A stretch of 64,000 bases of DNA, taken from positions 36,950 to 100,949 of the forward strand of contig JAYEKO010000015.1 of the NCBI GenBank assembly GCA_034661055.1. The letters run 5' to 3'. Made by a program: the position numbers and the translations under genes. Shown piece by piece: positions 43,540 through 52,237 of this stretch; positions within the stretch are counted from its first letter, which is position 1, and each line of letters begins with the position of its first letter. The notes below the pieces were generated by a model. That model did not search any database and had not been told where the DNA came from. It saw only the letters and a program-made list of their open reading frames with translations. Source of the DNA: Campylobacterota bacterium. GTDB lineage: Bacteria > Campylobacterota > Campylobacteria > Campylobacterales > Sulfurimonadaceae.

Positions 43540-43540
43540 G

Positions 43541-43945
43541 CTATCCGACCTCTTTTTCAGTAGCAACAGCAACATCTATGGCGCCTGAAAGACGACACTG
43601 ATCAACCACTTCAATAAGCTTCTCTACCGCAACACTCTGATCGGTAACTACTAATACAGATTTTTCAGTAGAAGCACGAAGCATGTCGCGTAACTTACCT
43701 TGAATTGCCCACACTTTAACAGGCTGTCCATCAATGTAGGTATCGGCCTGATTATCTAAATAGACACGAATTACCTTACTTGAAGCCTTTGAAGCCGATG
43801 ATGCACCAGGGCGATTTAAATCAAGTTTCATATCTTTGACAAATGTTGAACTGACCATGAAAAATATGAGTAAAATAAATACCATATCGATAAGTGGTGA
43901 CATGTCAACACCCTCTTCAACCGCCTTTTTCTTTCTATAACGCAT
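43541..43945 (-). CDS. exbD: biopolymer transporter ExbD
   Basis: MSPLIDMVFILLIFFMV; start MRYRKKK at 43945. Confidence 0.92.
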   Translation of the reverse strand: MRYRKKKAVEEGVDMSPLIDMVFILLIFFMVSSTFVKDMKLDLNRPGASSASKASSKVIRVYLDNQADTYIDGQPVKVWAIQGKLRDMLRASTEKSVLVVTDQSVAVEKLIEVVDQCRLSGAIDVAVATEKEVG

Positions 43946-44549
43946 TACTGCTTCCTTGTGAACATAAAATATCTTTAATCTGTTCGAGTTCAAATTCAAT
44001 TATACTGGCATGACGTTCAAGAAGTCGTCCAATAATAAGCCCCGGTACAGCTACAACAAGTCCGAGTTGTGTTGTAAAAAGAGCTTGAGAGATTCCCCCT
44101 GCAATACCACCTGTTTGTGAAAACAGTGCTGATGACGCTAAAGAGTCAAAGGTCTCAATCATTCCTACAACGGTTCCTAAAAGTCCAATAAGCGGTGCGA
44201 CTATAACAATGGTTCGCACTAAACGCTCCATGCTTTTAACTCTGGTCTCATAGTAATAGAAGCTATCATCAAGCTCTTTACGTGCAATCTTCATGTTAGC
44301 GTTGTTAGCGACAATTTTCATGCCCTCAACAATAGCTTCATCAATAATTCCGACTACTTTTTGACGTTTATTTTCACTGTACTTACGAACCAAGGTGCGA
44401 ACACTTTTTTTAGAACCACGATTGACGGTATGAAAACGAAATCCAAGTCCATACCATAAAAGCATGGCTAAAATAAACAGTGGCCACATCACAAATCCAC
44501 CGCTTTGCATGTAGGCTAAAAAACTATCTATATACAATTCAAACTGCAT
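43935..44549 (-). CDS. exbB: MotA/TolQ/ExbB proton channel protein
   Basis: GGFVMWPL, APLIGLLGTV.GMI.TF, GISQAL.TTQLGLVVA.P. Confidence 0.88.
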   Translation of the reverse strand: MQFELYIDSFLAYMQSGGFVMWPLFILAMLLWYGLGFRFHTVNRGSKKSVRTLVRKYSENKRQKVVGIIDEAIVEGMKIVANNANMKIARKELDDSFYYYETRVKSMERLVRTIVIVAPLIGLLGTVVGMIETFDSLASSALFSQTGGIAGGISQALFTTQLGLVVAVPGLIIGRLLERHASIIEFELEQIKDILCSQGSSNAL

Positions 44550-45862
44550 TACTTCTGCTTGTTATACTCGTTAATCAAATGTAGCGCTGAATGTTCCATC
44601 GCATCTTTAATTTTCTCTGCCCAGCCACTTAGTAAGTTTCCTAAAAGCAGTAGAGGAATAGCGACAATAAGTCCTAACTCTGTTGTAACAAGTGCAATTG
44701 AGATACCACCTGAGAGTAGTTTTGGATCACCTGTTCCAAACTCTGTAATGATGTCAAAGGTTGCAATCATTCCCGTTACTGTTCCTAAAAGTCCAAGAAG
44801 TGGAGCTACTGCTGCTAAGACCATAATGGCAGAACCAAAACGATCAAGTCGAGAACTCTCATGCATAATGGACTCCATCACAATATCTTCAATATGCTCA
44901 CGATCACGGTCAAGGTTACGAATGGTTGCCTTTAAAACACGCGCTGTTGCTCCACTTTTTGTTTTTAAGTACTCTAAAGTTTTTGCTTCACCATCTTTTA
45001 GGAGGTGTTCTAGTGCATCAGGTGCTAATTTAGTAGTTGATTGACTTGAACCACTCAAAAACACAAAACGAAGCGCTGCTAAGAGCAGTCCAATAACTCC
45101 AAGGCCCACAATAACCCAACCAATAATTCCAGCTGAGTTAATAATACTTAGAACCGTTTTCACCTCTTTATTATCAATCTCTAAACTAGGATTTTCATAT
45201 AAAAAGATATTTAGCTGTGACACTTGAGAGCCATCTTTTAGTGCCTTCGCACTTAATGCAGCATCTGGCTCATTCCAAAGTTTTAATTTTCCAGCTCCAG
45301 CAGGAACTAAAGCACCTGCTACATCACTAGCAAGACCATAAGTTGCAATATTTCCAACCTTAACTAAGGTTCCTTTTTTCTGCGTTCCATCTGCTAAGTA
45401 AAAAGAGCCCTCAGTAGTGCGAACTGATGAGAGGTTTTTTAAAAGTTCTTTTGACTTTTGAAACACTACCTTTAAAGTTTCAGGGTAGTTCTCTTCATCA
45501 ATTTTCATCTTCATGCCGTACGGCTCTAAAGCTGACGTTGCTTGCAGTGCCACTGAGCCAATAAGAGCTGTGTCATCATCAATATTTAAAACATTTTGCT
45601 GTGCACGAAAAAGCTCTTCACTCATTAAATCATTTCTGCTACCTTTTTTAAGCAGACGATTTTGAAGTGATGAAACATCATTTTTAGCATTTTTAATTTT
45701 AATAGCGCTGCTACTTTTAACACTTTTTAGACGCTTGTTGAGCATCTGCTTTTGTGCCTTTAAGAAGGCATACTCTTTGGCATAAGCACGCTCTAAATCA
45801 CTATCGGTTACACCAAAAGCCAAGCTTGAAAGCAGCAGGGTTAGTAGTAAAATACGTCTCAT
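44549..45862 (-). CDS. long MotA/TolQ/ExbB-family protein (TtpC-like)
   Basis: Periplasmic coiled-coil N-terminal half plus APLLGLLGTVTGMI, GDPKLLSGGIS.ALVTTELGL. Confidence 0.85.
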   Translation of the reverse strand: MRRILLLTLLLSSLAFGVTDSDLERAYAKEYAFLKAQKQMLNKRLKSVKSSSAIKIKNAKNDVSSLQNRLLKKGSRNDLMSEELFRAQQNVLNIDDDTALIGSVALQATSALEPYGMKMKIDEENYPETLKVVFQKSKELLKNLSSVRTTEGSFYLADGTQKKGTLVKVGNIATYGLASDVAGALVPAGAGKLKLWNEPDAALSAKALKDGSQVSQLNIFLYENPSLEIDNKEVKTVLSIINSAGIIGWVIVGLGVIGLLLAALRFVFLSGSSQSTTKLAPDALEHLLKDGEAKTLEYLKTKSGATARVLKATIRNLDRDREHIEDIVMESIMHESSRLDRFGSAIMVLAAVAPLLGLLGTVTGMIATFDIITEFGTGDPKLLSGGISIALVTTELGLIVAIPLLLLGNLLSGWAEKIKDAMEHSALHLINEYNKQK

Positions 45863-46620
45863 TATTTAGCCTCCACTAGAGCATTAGGCATTGTAAAATA
45901 GCCTGAGCGAATCTGCTTTTTAAACGCATCAAAAAGCGCTAAAATTTGAACTTGCTCCTCTTTAGCAACACTCTCTTGGTAAAAATACCCACTCGCATCT
46001 TTTTGCACATAACCGACACGTTCATCGGGTGTTTTAAAGTACATCATAACCATTCCAACACGTGCTATTTCAGCTAAACGTTCAGCACTATCAAGAGTAA
46101 TAGTCTGCTTGAAGGTTCCATTTTCTTTGGTCATACGAATAGCATCTGAGTAGCTATTCCATGTTAAGGCTAAAGCTTTTTGTGGAGTAATAAGGTCTGC
46201 TTCAAGCTGAGATTCGATATTTTCAAGATCTGCGATTCTATCTTTAGTTTTAAAAGGCAGATCACTGTTTATTTGAGCTTTTAGAGTAGTTAGTGCCTCC
46301 TGAACTAGAGGCTTAATTCCTTCAGAGTTAGCACTTGCTGCTTCAATCTGCTTTTTAACTTTGTCTAGCTCTTGTTTAATCTGTTTCATTCTAAGATCTT
46401 CACGAGCTAGAGTCGTTTCAAGTTCGTTCTTTTCCATTACAAGCGATTTCATTGATGCCTTATAAGCATCTTTTTCATCTTGTATCTGCGTGTCTAGTCT
46501 TTGAACATCAGCGCGAAGCTTCATTAGCGACTGAGCCATATTTTCAACTGAACTACCCGCTAAAAGCGATGAAGTAACAATTGAAGTTGTAAGGCAGAGT
46601 GATACGAGGTTTTTGTACAT
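45862..46620 (-). CDS. DUF3450-like periplasmic coiled-coil protein
   Basis: Coiled coil, DLPF...R, RVG, first gene of a TtpC-type TonB operon. Confidence 0.7.
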   Translation of the reverse strand: MYKNLVSLCLTTSIVTSSLLAGSSVENMAQSLMKLRADVQRLDTQIQDEKDAYKASMKSLVMEKNELETTLAREDLRMKQIKQELDKVKKQIEAASANSEGIKPLVQEALTTLKAQINSDLPFKTKDRIADLENIESQLEADLITPQKALALTWNSYSDAIRMTKENGTFKQTITLDSAERLAEIARVGMVMMYFKTPDERVGYVQKDASGYFYQESVAKEEQVQILALFDAFKKQIRSGYFTMPNALVEAK

Positions 46621-46650
46621 ACTATTTCCATACCTAATTTAAGATGTGAA

Positions 46651-46704
46651 AGAGTACTTAAGAGGAATTACTTAAATGATACTTTTTGGTTACATAATGG
46701 TTAC
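46651..46704 (-). promoter_or_regulatory. four 11-bp-period GTAAC-like direct repeats plus TACTCT -10 (PhoB/OmpR-type box)
   Basis: Plus-strand TTAC/ATAC at 46668, 46679, 46690, 46701; -10 at 46656-46651, 9 nt downstream of the last repeat. Confidence 0.6.
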
Positions 46705-46764
46705 GCTATTGTTCCAATTATACAATACCGCTAAAGAAAGAGCTCTTACTCTCAAACTTATCAA

Positions 46765-46831
46765 TAATGATTATCAATATAATAAACAATTAAGCTTCTA
46801 TAGTCTATCATTTTGATATCAGTTATCAAAA
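46765..46831 (+). promoter_or_regulatory. Fur-box-like pair flanking a -10 element
   Basis: TAATGATTATCAATATAATA (46765), TATCAT (46806), TTTTGATATCAGTTATCAAAA (46811-46831) next to the RBS. Confidence 0.75.
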
Positions 46832-46841
46832 AGGAATTTAT

Positions 46842-47153
46842 ATGTCTATCTTAATAATCGGTGGTGATAAAATAGCCAAAATTGAGCATATGCTACAGAA
46901 ACTCGGAGCTACAAAAACAGTGCATTGGGATAGTCGAAGAAACTCGACCTCACATAAACAGATACCTTGTGATACCGACGGTATTATTATGCTAACTGAT
47001 TTCTTAAAGCATAATACTATGCGTCACTTCAAAAAAATTGCAAAAGTAAAAGAGGTTCCTTTTGTTTGCGTACGTAGAGGAAGCGGACGTATAGGAAATG
47101 AATTTATTAAGCTGTCAAATACAATTATTGATAGTGGCAAAATTAATTTCTAA
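46842..47153 (+). CDS. DUF2325-family protein
   Basis: MSILIIGGD, HW, IP.DTD.IIMLTDFL.H, KK.AK...VPFV. Confidence 0.75.
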   Translation: MSILIIGGDKIAKIEHMLQKLGATKTVHWDSRRNSTSHKQIPCDTDGIIMLTDFLKHNTMRHFKKIAKVKEVPFVCVRRGSGRIGNEFIKLSNTIIDSGKINF

Positions 47154-47164
47154 AAGGAGCCCTT

Positions 47165-47959
47165 ATGCGTAAAATAGGATTTTCACCTTATAGGGATGGA
47201 AGTAAAGAGATTCTACCAAAGACCTATATGATTAATCAGCGTCATATACAGAGAAAAATGTTTTTTACTTTAATTAACAGTTATTTAGGGGAGGATGCAA
47301 AGATTCCTCTTCAAAACAGGCATCTATTTAAAAAAGATTTGTTTAGTATTTTTATAGATAAAATTCAGTCATATTTTCAATTCTATAAGTTTAGACCTGA
47401 AAAACCACAAAAAATTGTTCGTATATATACGCATGAATCACTCTTGTTTCATCAGTTTTTCAAGCAGTGCAAAGATGCTAAAGCACGATACATCACTAAA
47501 AACTATCTCTTTAATTCAAATTTTGAGAAGTTGCTAGGCTACAGTCACCCTGCCGCAGAGCTGATACAGCTCATATTTAATGGCAAAGAGGTAAAAATGA
47601 TGCTTGAGCTTAATAAAGTCTTTACACATACAGTATATGAGCGTATTAAACGAGAAGCTAACAAGAAGATAACTCTCGATATGCCATACATACATATTAA
47701 TCAAGATGGAATTACTACCCGTCTGCATCCAAGATGGAAGCATGTCAATCCAAAAAATTTACAGAGGAGAGAAAATGACATAGAAGATGGGTTTTTACAA
47801 TTAGAAGGGGAGGAGATTGATCAGTACTATCTGGTTTATCCCAAGACAGATACATTCAAACGCCATATAAAGGTCGAAAATGAATCGTTACAACATCTTA
47901 AGATGATTCCATATTCATTTACATTTTGCAATAGGAGCAAAAAACAATGCAAAAAATAG
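47165..47959 (+). CDS. hypothetical basic protein
   Basis: AAGGAG RBS; overlaps the flavodoxin start. Confidence 0.65.
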   Translation: MRKIGFSPYRDGSKEILPKTYMINQRHIQRKMFFTLINSYLGEDAKIPLQNRHLFKKDLFSIFIDKIQSYFQFYKFRPEKPQKIVRIYTHESLLFHQFFKQCKDAKARYITKNYLFNSNFEKLLGYSHPAAELIQLIFNGKEVKMMLELNKVFTHTVYERIKREANKKITLDMPYIHINQDGITTRLHPRWKHVNPKNLQRRENDIEDGFLQLEGEEIDQYYLVYPKTDTFKRHIKVENESLQHLKMIPYSFTFCNRSKKQCKK

Positions 47960-48465
47960 GACTATTTTACGCCAGTTCAACAGGAAATACAGAGAATGTT
48001 GCAAATGCAATTAAAGAAACAATGACCTCATCTCAAATTGAGCTTCATAATGTTGATAGCTGTGATGATGATGCCATGAACGAATATGAGTTTATTATTT
48101 TAGGTGTCTCAACATGGGGCGAAGGTGATTTACAAGATGACTGGGACGACTACTTACCTAATATGCAAAAAGTTGATTTTACCAATAAAACTATTGCGCT
48201 ATTTGGATTGGGCGACCAAGAAGAGTATTGCGATAACTTTTTAGATGCAATGGGAGCACTTTATGATGTAGCCATTGAAGCTGGAGCTACTGTTGTTGGA
48301 AGCTGGTCAACAGATGGTTATGAGCATGATGAATCTACCGCTATTAGAAACGGTGAATTTGTTGGATTAGCTATTGATGAAGACAATCAAGAAGAGTTAA
48401 GCAATGAACGTGTTACAAAATGGGTTGAACAGATTAGCCCATATTTTACTAAGGAGGTAACATAG
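47947..48465 (+). CDS. fldA: long-chain flavodoxin
   Basis: YASSTGNTE, GVSTWGEGDLQDDW, FGLGDQ..Y..NF.DA, FVGLAIDEDNQ. Confidence 0.95.
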   Translation: MQKIGLFYASSTGNTENVANAIKETMTSSQIELHNVDSCDDDAMNEYEFIILGVSTWGEGDLQDDWDDYLPNMQKVDFTNKTIALFGLGDQEEYCDNFLDAMGALYDVAIEAGATVVGSWSTDGYEHDESTAIRNGEFVGLAIDEDNQEELSNERVTKWVEQISPYFTKEVT

Positions 48466-48480
48466 ATATAAAAAATAAGA

Positions 48481-48552
48481 TTAAAGCGATATAAATTTAA
48501 ATAACATTGGATTAAGAATATCTAGAGCTATCAAGGCTAACAATAAGCTCAT
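48481..48552 (-). CDS. possible 23-aa hydrophobic peptide (not in ORF track)
   Basis: AAGGAG-5nt-ATG, MSLLLALIALDILNPMLFKFISL*. Confidence 0.4.
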   Translation of the reverse strand: MSLLLALIALDILNPMLFKFISL

Positions 48553-48659
48553 TTTTTCTCCTTACGTGATTTTTTTCTTCAAGTATTTAAAATTTATAAC
48601 TAACTCCATACACAATTTAATTTCACAATCCGAGCTCTCCCTCGGATTACCATAAATAG

Positions 48660-48704
48660 AGTAAACATCATGCCATTGTTTGGCGTGGTGGCATGATGTT
48701 TACT
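48660..48704. repeat. perfect 16-bp inverted repeat (terminator or RNA structure)
   Basis: AGTAAACATCATGCCA-13nt-TGGCATGATGTTTACT. Confidence 0.8.
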
Positions 48705-48733
48705 GTGTTTACATTTTACATTAAGGATACACA

Positions 48734-49237
48734 ATGCAAGATCAATGCTTGTTTTACGGCAGTTCCGTTAGGAATAGTAAAGATATTAGCAAGAAGATAT
48801 TTAAAATTACTTCTAATGCACCACTGTCTATTAAAAATATGAGACGCTGCAAGGCAGAAGATTATAGAGAATTTAATCATATGCTTATGGGCATTTATGT
48901 CAAAGACAATAGGGGAGACTATCTTGTTTTTGCACAATTTAAACTTGCTGAGCCCTATAGTAAGTCAAAAATATCTTTTCTAGGCATCAATAACAGTGAA
49001 GTTCACAGTATTGAGTTTTTAAATGCTGTAGCTCTTCTTTACGACTATTTGGTAAATCAAAATATTCTTGCCATAGGACCATGGCCTGCTAACGAATATG
49101 ATGACCTCTCTGCATCACTGAAGAGATATGAGTTTTTTGGTATTGCTAGCAAGCAGTGGCCTAATGCTCTACATATTAACAATTGGAAAGAGAAAATCGC
49201 TGCCACTATATCTTTAAAAACTGAAGAGGCGGCCTAG
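48734..49237 (+). CDS. degenerate flavodoxin-like protein
   Basis: LFYGSSVRNSKDISKKI, F..AVALLYD, IGPWPANEY, FFGIA align by eye with the neighbouring FldA. Confidence 0.65.
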   Translation: MQDQCLFYGSSVRNSKDISKKIFKITSNAPLSIKNMRRCKAEDYREFNHMLMGIYVKDNRGDYLVFAQFKLAEPYSKSKISFLGINNSEVHSIEFLNAVALLYDYLVNQNILAIGPWPANEYDDLSASLKRYEFFGIASKQWPNALHINNWKEKIAATISLKTEEAA

Positions 49238-49240
49238 CTT

Positions 49241-49468
49241 ATGCCAACATATTTTGTAATAGATGAACTTAAAGATGGTTATAGCTGGTATGACTTCGAA
49301 GTGGCTGATCTTGGTTTTGATTATGCAATTGATGCCTTGGACATTCCTGAAGAGTATATTGAGACTGTTGAGTTGCTCTCTAAAGAAAAAATTGAAATTA
49401 CACTAATTGACAACCAGAGTTTTACGCAAGAAGATTGGTACTACGTTTTATTACCTTATGCGGCATAG
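49241..49468 (+). CDS. small acidic hypothetical protein
   Basis: 75 aa, D/E-rich; GAGG upstream; 3 nt after the previous stop. Confidence 0.6.
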   Translation: MPTYFVIDELKDGYSWYDFEVADLGFDYAIDALDIPEEYIETVELLSKEKIEITLIDNQSFTQEDWYYVLLPYAA

Positions 49469-49504
49469 GTAGTAGAGCATAAATACTTACTTAGGAGTAA
49501 CAAA

Positions 49505-49696
49505 GTGAAATCACTTAATCAAAACCAAATATTTACATTTTATAGTGACCATTTAAACCGAATTGGTGCAGATAAACATGCAGACCCCAGAGGTCAACTC
49601 TATGAACTTATTGTACATAGTGCTGCTCGTCTTGGATATAGCAAGAATATAATCAATTTATGGATACTGGGTTGGTCTCGAACAAAACAGAAATAA
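49505..49696 (+). CDS. small hypothetical protein
   Basis: AGGAG RBS, GTG start, 63 aa. Confidence 0.5.
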   Translation: MKSLNQNQIFTFYSDHLNRIGADKHADPRGQLYELIVHSAARLGYSKNIINLWILGWSRTKQK

Positions 49697-49747
49697 TCTT
49701 TAGGTTTTACATCATCTACTCATTGACATTTAAGATACAATAAAAAC

Positions 49748-50719
49748 ATGAAACCCTGTAAAATAAACAACTATAGTAAATATATTCTCTCTCTTATATT
49801 GATTTCATCTGTACTAAGTAGTGCAGAACAACTGTGCAGAACTCAGATGATAATGGGAACGTATGCATCATTGTGTGCTCCTATTAAGCAGAAGAAGGTT
49901 ATTGAAGAAGGTTTTAATCGTCTTAAAAGTGTGGAGCAGTCCCTCTCAAGCTATAGTAAAAATGCATATATCTACAAACTCAATAAAAATTTACATGTAA
50001 ATCTCAACATTGACACCTATGAAGCACTTTTAAAATCGTACAGATACTATATACTAAGCGATGGATATTTTAATATTATGATAGGCTCTATTACAAAAAA
50101 AATATACCGTTTTGGTGACAATGAACATCTTGCAAAGGAGTCAGAATTAGATAGCGCCTCTGTCTTAATAGATGGCATTGATTTTAATGAAGAAGAGGCA
50201 AGATTAACATCTAATAGCAGTGTTGATTTAGGAGGTATGGGTAAAGGTTTTGGAGTAGATAAGGTACATGAGATTTATAAGCATCAAAATATTAAAGAGG
50301 GCAAGATTGCTCTAAGTGGCGATATACGCTGCGTCTCTACTTGTAAAATTTCAATTACCAATCCATTCAAGCCTCACAAAGCTATTGCTACCTTTAACAC
50401 AAAACACAAAGGTATGGGTATCTCTACAAGTGGAAACTATTATCGCTATGTTCAAAACAAGAGACATAATCATCTTATTAACCCTAAAATAAAACGTTCA
50501 GCAATAATTTTTGCTTCTATTACGCTTATAGGCAATATTTCTAGTAGTGATTTAGACGCATATGCAACAGCTGCTTCAGTAATGCCTCTGCAACAAGCTA
50601 TCTCATTTCTAAATTCGCAACGTCTGGGATATATTCTTTTTACTACTGATGCGACTAAAATAGTTAGCTCTAATATAGATCAGTTTGTAAATAATCTATG
50701 CATAGAGCCATCTTATTAG
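49748..50719 (+). CDS. apbE: FAD:protein FMN transferase
   Basis: MGT, DLGGMGKGFGVD, SGDI, STSGNY.R, HLINP, DAYATA. Confidence 0.92.
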   Translation: MKPCKINNYSKYILSLILISSVLSSAEQLCRTQMIMGTYASLCAPIKQKKVIEEGFNRLKSVEQSLSSYSKNAYIYKLNKNLHVNLNIDTYEALLKSYRYYILSDGYFNIMIGSITKKIYRFGDNEHLAKESELDSASVLIDGIDFNEEEARLTSNSSVDLGGMGKGFGVDKVHEIYKHQNIKEGKIALSGDIRCVSTCKISITNPFKPHKAIATFNTKHKGMGISTSGNYYRYVQNKRHNHLINPKIKRSAIIFASITLIGNISSSDLDAYATAASVMPLQQAISFLNSQRLGYILFTTDATKIVSSNIDQFVNNLCIEPSY

Positions 50720-50730
50720 CACTTATAAAG

Positions 50731-51225
50731 CTACTGGTGAGCAATAGCACCAATTTCTTTATCAATCATGTAGAGTCCACGACCTTCCATACCGATAATA
50801 TCAATCTTATCTAAAATATTTTTAAATAACATCTCCTCTTCATGCTGTTCAGACACATACCACTGTAAAAAATTAAATGTTGAGAAATCTTTTTCAGTAA
50901 GAGCAATAGCTACTAAATCATTAATTGACTTTGTAATCATTTTTTCATGATTCAGTGTAATCTCAAATATCTCTCTTATAGATTCAAATTCATCATCAGG
51001 CTTATCAATAGTTCCTATTATGGCCATTGCTCCTGTCTCATTGACATAAGAGAATAGTTTTCGCATATGATCGAGCTCCTCTTTAGCATGTGCATAAAGA
51101 AAAGATGCAGCTCCATTTAGACCTTTAGATTCGCACCATGAACCCATCTGTAAATAGATATTTGAAGAATACATCTCCAATGTAATCTGTGTATTCAACT
51201 TCTCTACCATTGTACTGCTTAACAT
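50731..51225 (-). CDS. ftnA: non-heme ferritin
   Basis: E.YSSN.YLQM, EELDH, HE..IT..IN, FLQWYVSEQHEEE. Confidence 0.95.
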   Translation of the reverse strand: MLSSTMVEKLNTQITLEMYSSNIYLQMGSWCESKGLNGAASFLYAHAKEELDHMRKLFSYVNETGAMAIIGTIDKPDDEFESIREIFEITLNHEKMITKSINDLVAIALTEKDFSTFNFLQWYVSEQHEEEMLFKNILDKIDIIGMEGRGLYMIDKEIGAIAHQ

Positions 51226-51283
51226 TATAACTCCTCTAATAATTTGATAATAAAACTATACAAGAAATATCTCTTTTTTATAT

Positions 51284-51349
51284 GATAATGATTATTAATT
51301 TAATAAAGTATAAAGTTTTCTATCTGTATAATTTGATATCAATTATCAA
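51284..51349 (+). promoter_or_regulatory. Fur-box-like pair flanking TGTATAAT, divergent from ftnA
   Basis: GATAATGATTATTAATTTAATA (51284), TATAAT (51327), TTGATATCAATTATCAA (51333-51349) next to the RBS. Confidence 0.75.
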
Positions 51350-51359
51350 TAAAGGAGAT

Positions 51360-51536
51360 ATGATGTCAGTAAGCCAAATTAGAAGAGAGGTGGACAGCCT
51401 CATTTTAAACTCAGGGATGAAGCCAGATATTCGAATGCACTGCTCAATTTTAAGAGCTCTTAAACTTCGTCACCGAAATATTGACTCTCATGTTACTCAT
51501 GACATTATTATGCATGCAATTAAGAAGTTAGTTTAA
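51360..51536 (+). CDS. small His-rich hypothetical protein (~58 aa)
   Basis: AAGGAG RBS before ATGATG at 51360/51363; the ORF-track start at 51282 lies inside the Fur box. Confidence 0.6.
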   Translation: MMSVSQIRREVDSLILNSGMKPDIRMHCSILRALKLRHRNIDSHVTHDIIMHAIKKLV

Positions 51537-51544
51537 AATAAGTT

Positions 51545-52237
51545 TTGATAAACGACACAATAGTCAGCATCATTGCTAACCAAACAATATCTACAGAATA
51601 TCAACCTATAATATCTATTGATAATCGTACTATTTATGCCTATGAAGCATTAGCTAGATTTCAAGTAGATGGTGTAAATATTGCCCCAAATGAGGTATTT
51701 TCTCTCTGTCATGAAGATCCTGATGTACTTTTTCTATTAGAAAGCATGGTTAAACAAAAACAGCTCCTTAATCGACCTAAAGATGCAAAACTATTTATTA
51801 ATCTTGACCCAGACAGCTTTACAAAAAGTCACTATAAAACATTTTGGGTTGAACTTCTTCAAGAACAATCAGATATAGTAGTTGAGATTATTGAGAACTC
51901 TGAAGAGGAAAACATAGTAGAAATTAGTAATTTCATAGACTTCTTAGATCAAGAAAGCATCATTTACGCCATGGATGACTTTGCTCAAGATGGTTCAATT
52001 TACTCTTCTGACTTTTTACTTCGTGCTCCTATAATAAAGCTCGATATGGGTTTCTTAGAAAATGTAAAGAAATTTCCTCCTTATGCTGAAGTTCTTAGAG
52101 GTTTTACTAATTTTATAAAGCGTACAAACAAGTTAGGTATTCTTGAAGGAGTAGAGACTGAGGATGACTTTAAAATTGCAAAAGAGTTGGGTGTTGAATA
52201 TGTCCAAGGATATCTTTTTAAAGAACACTTTCTTTAA
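51545..52237 (+). CDS. stand-alone EAL-domain phosphodiesterase
   Basis: YQPI, YEALAR, FINL, EIIE, MDDF, KLD, EGVE, QGY. Confidence 0.88.
   Translation: MINDTIVSIIANQTISTEYQPIISIDNRTIYAYEALARFQVDGVNIAPNEVFSLCHEDPDVLFLLESMVKQKQLLNRPKDAKLFINLDPDSFTKSHYKTFWVELLQEQSDIVVEIIENSEEENIVEISNFIDFLDQESIIYAMDDFAQDGSIYSSDFLLRAPIIKLDMGFLENVKKFPPYAEVLRGFTNFIKRTNKLGILEGVETEDDFKIAKELGVEYVQGYLFKEHFL

Noticed and set aside
47700..47959. YLVYP motif in the 47165 protein suggesting an McrC-like nuclease
   Set aside because: No clear PD-(D/E)xK catalytic motif and no McrB-like partner; similarity is too weak to call.
48450..48494. Strong AAGGAGG at the end of fldA followed by ATA GAT ATA AAA...
   Set aside because: No canonical start codon and the frame closes after 10 codons; a decayed gene start is possible but unsupported.
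51282..51359. ORF-track N-terminal extension MIMIINL... (likewise MITITIII... at 61646-61611)
   Set aside because: These are translations of Fur-box DNA; RBS-supported starts are at 51360/51363 and 61610.
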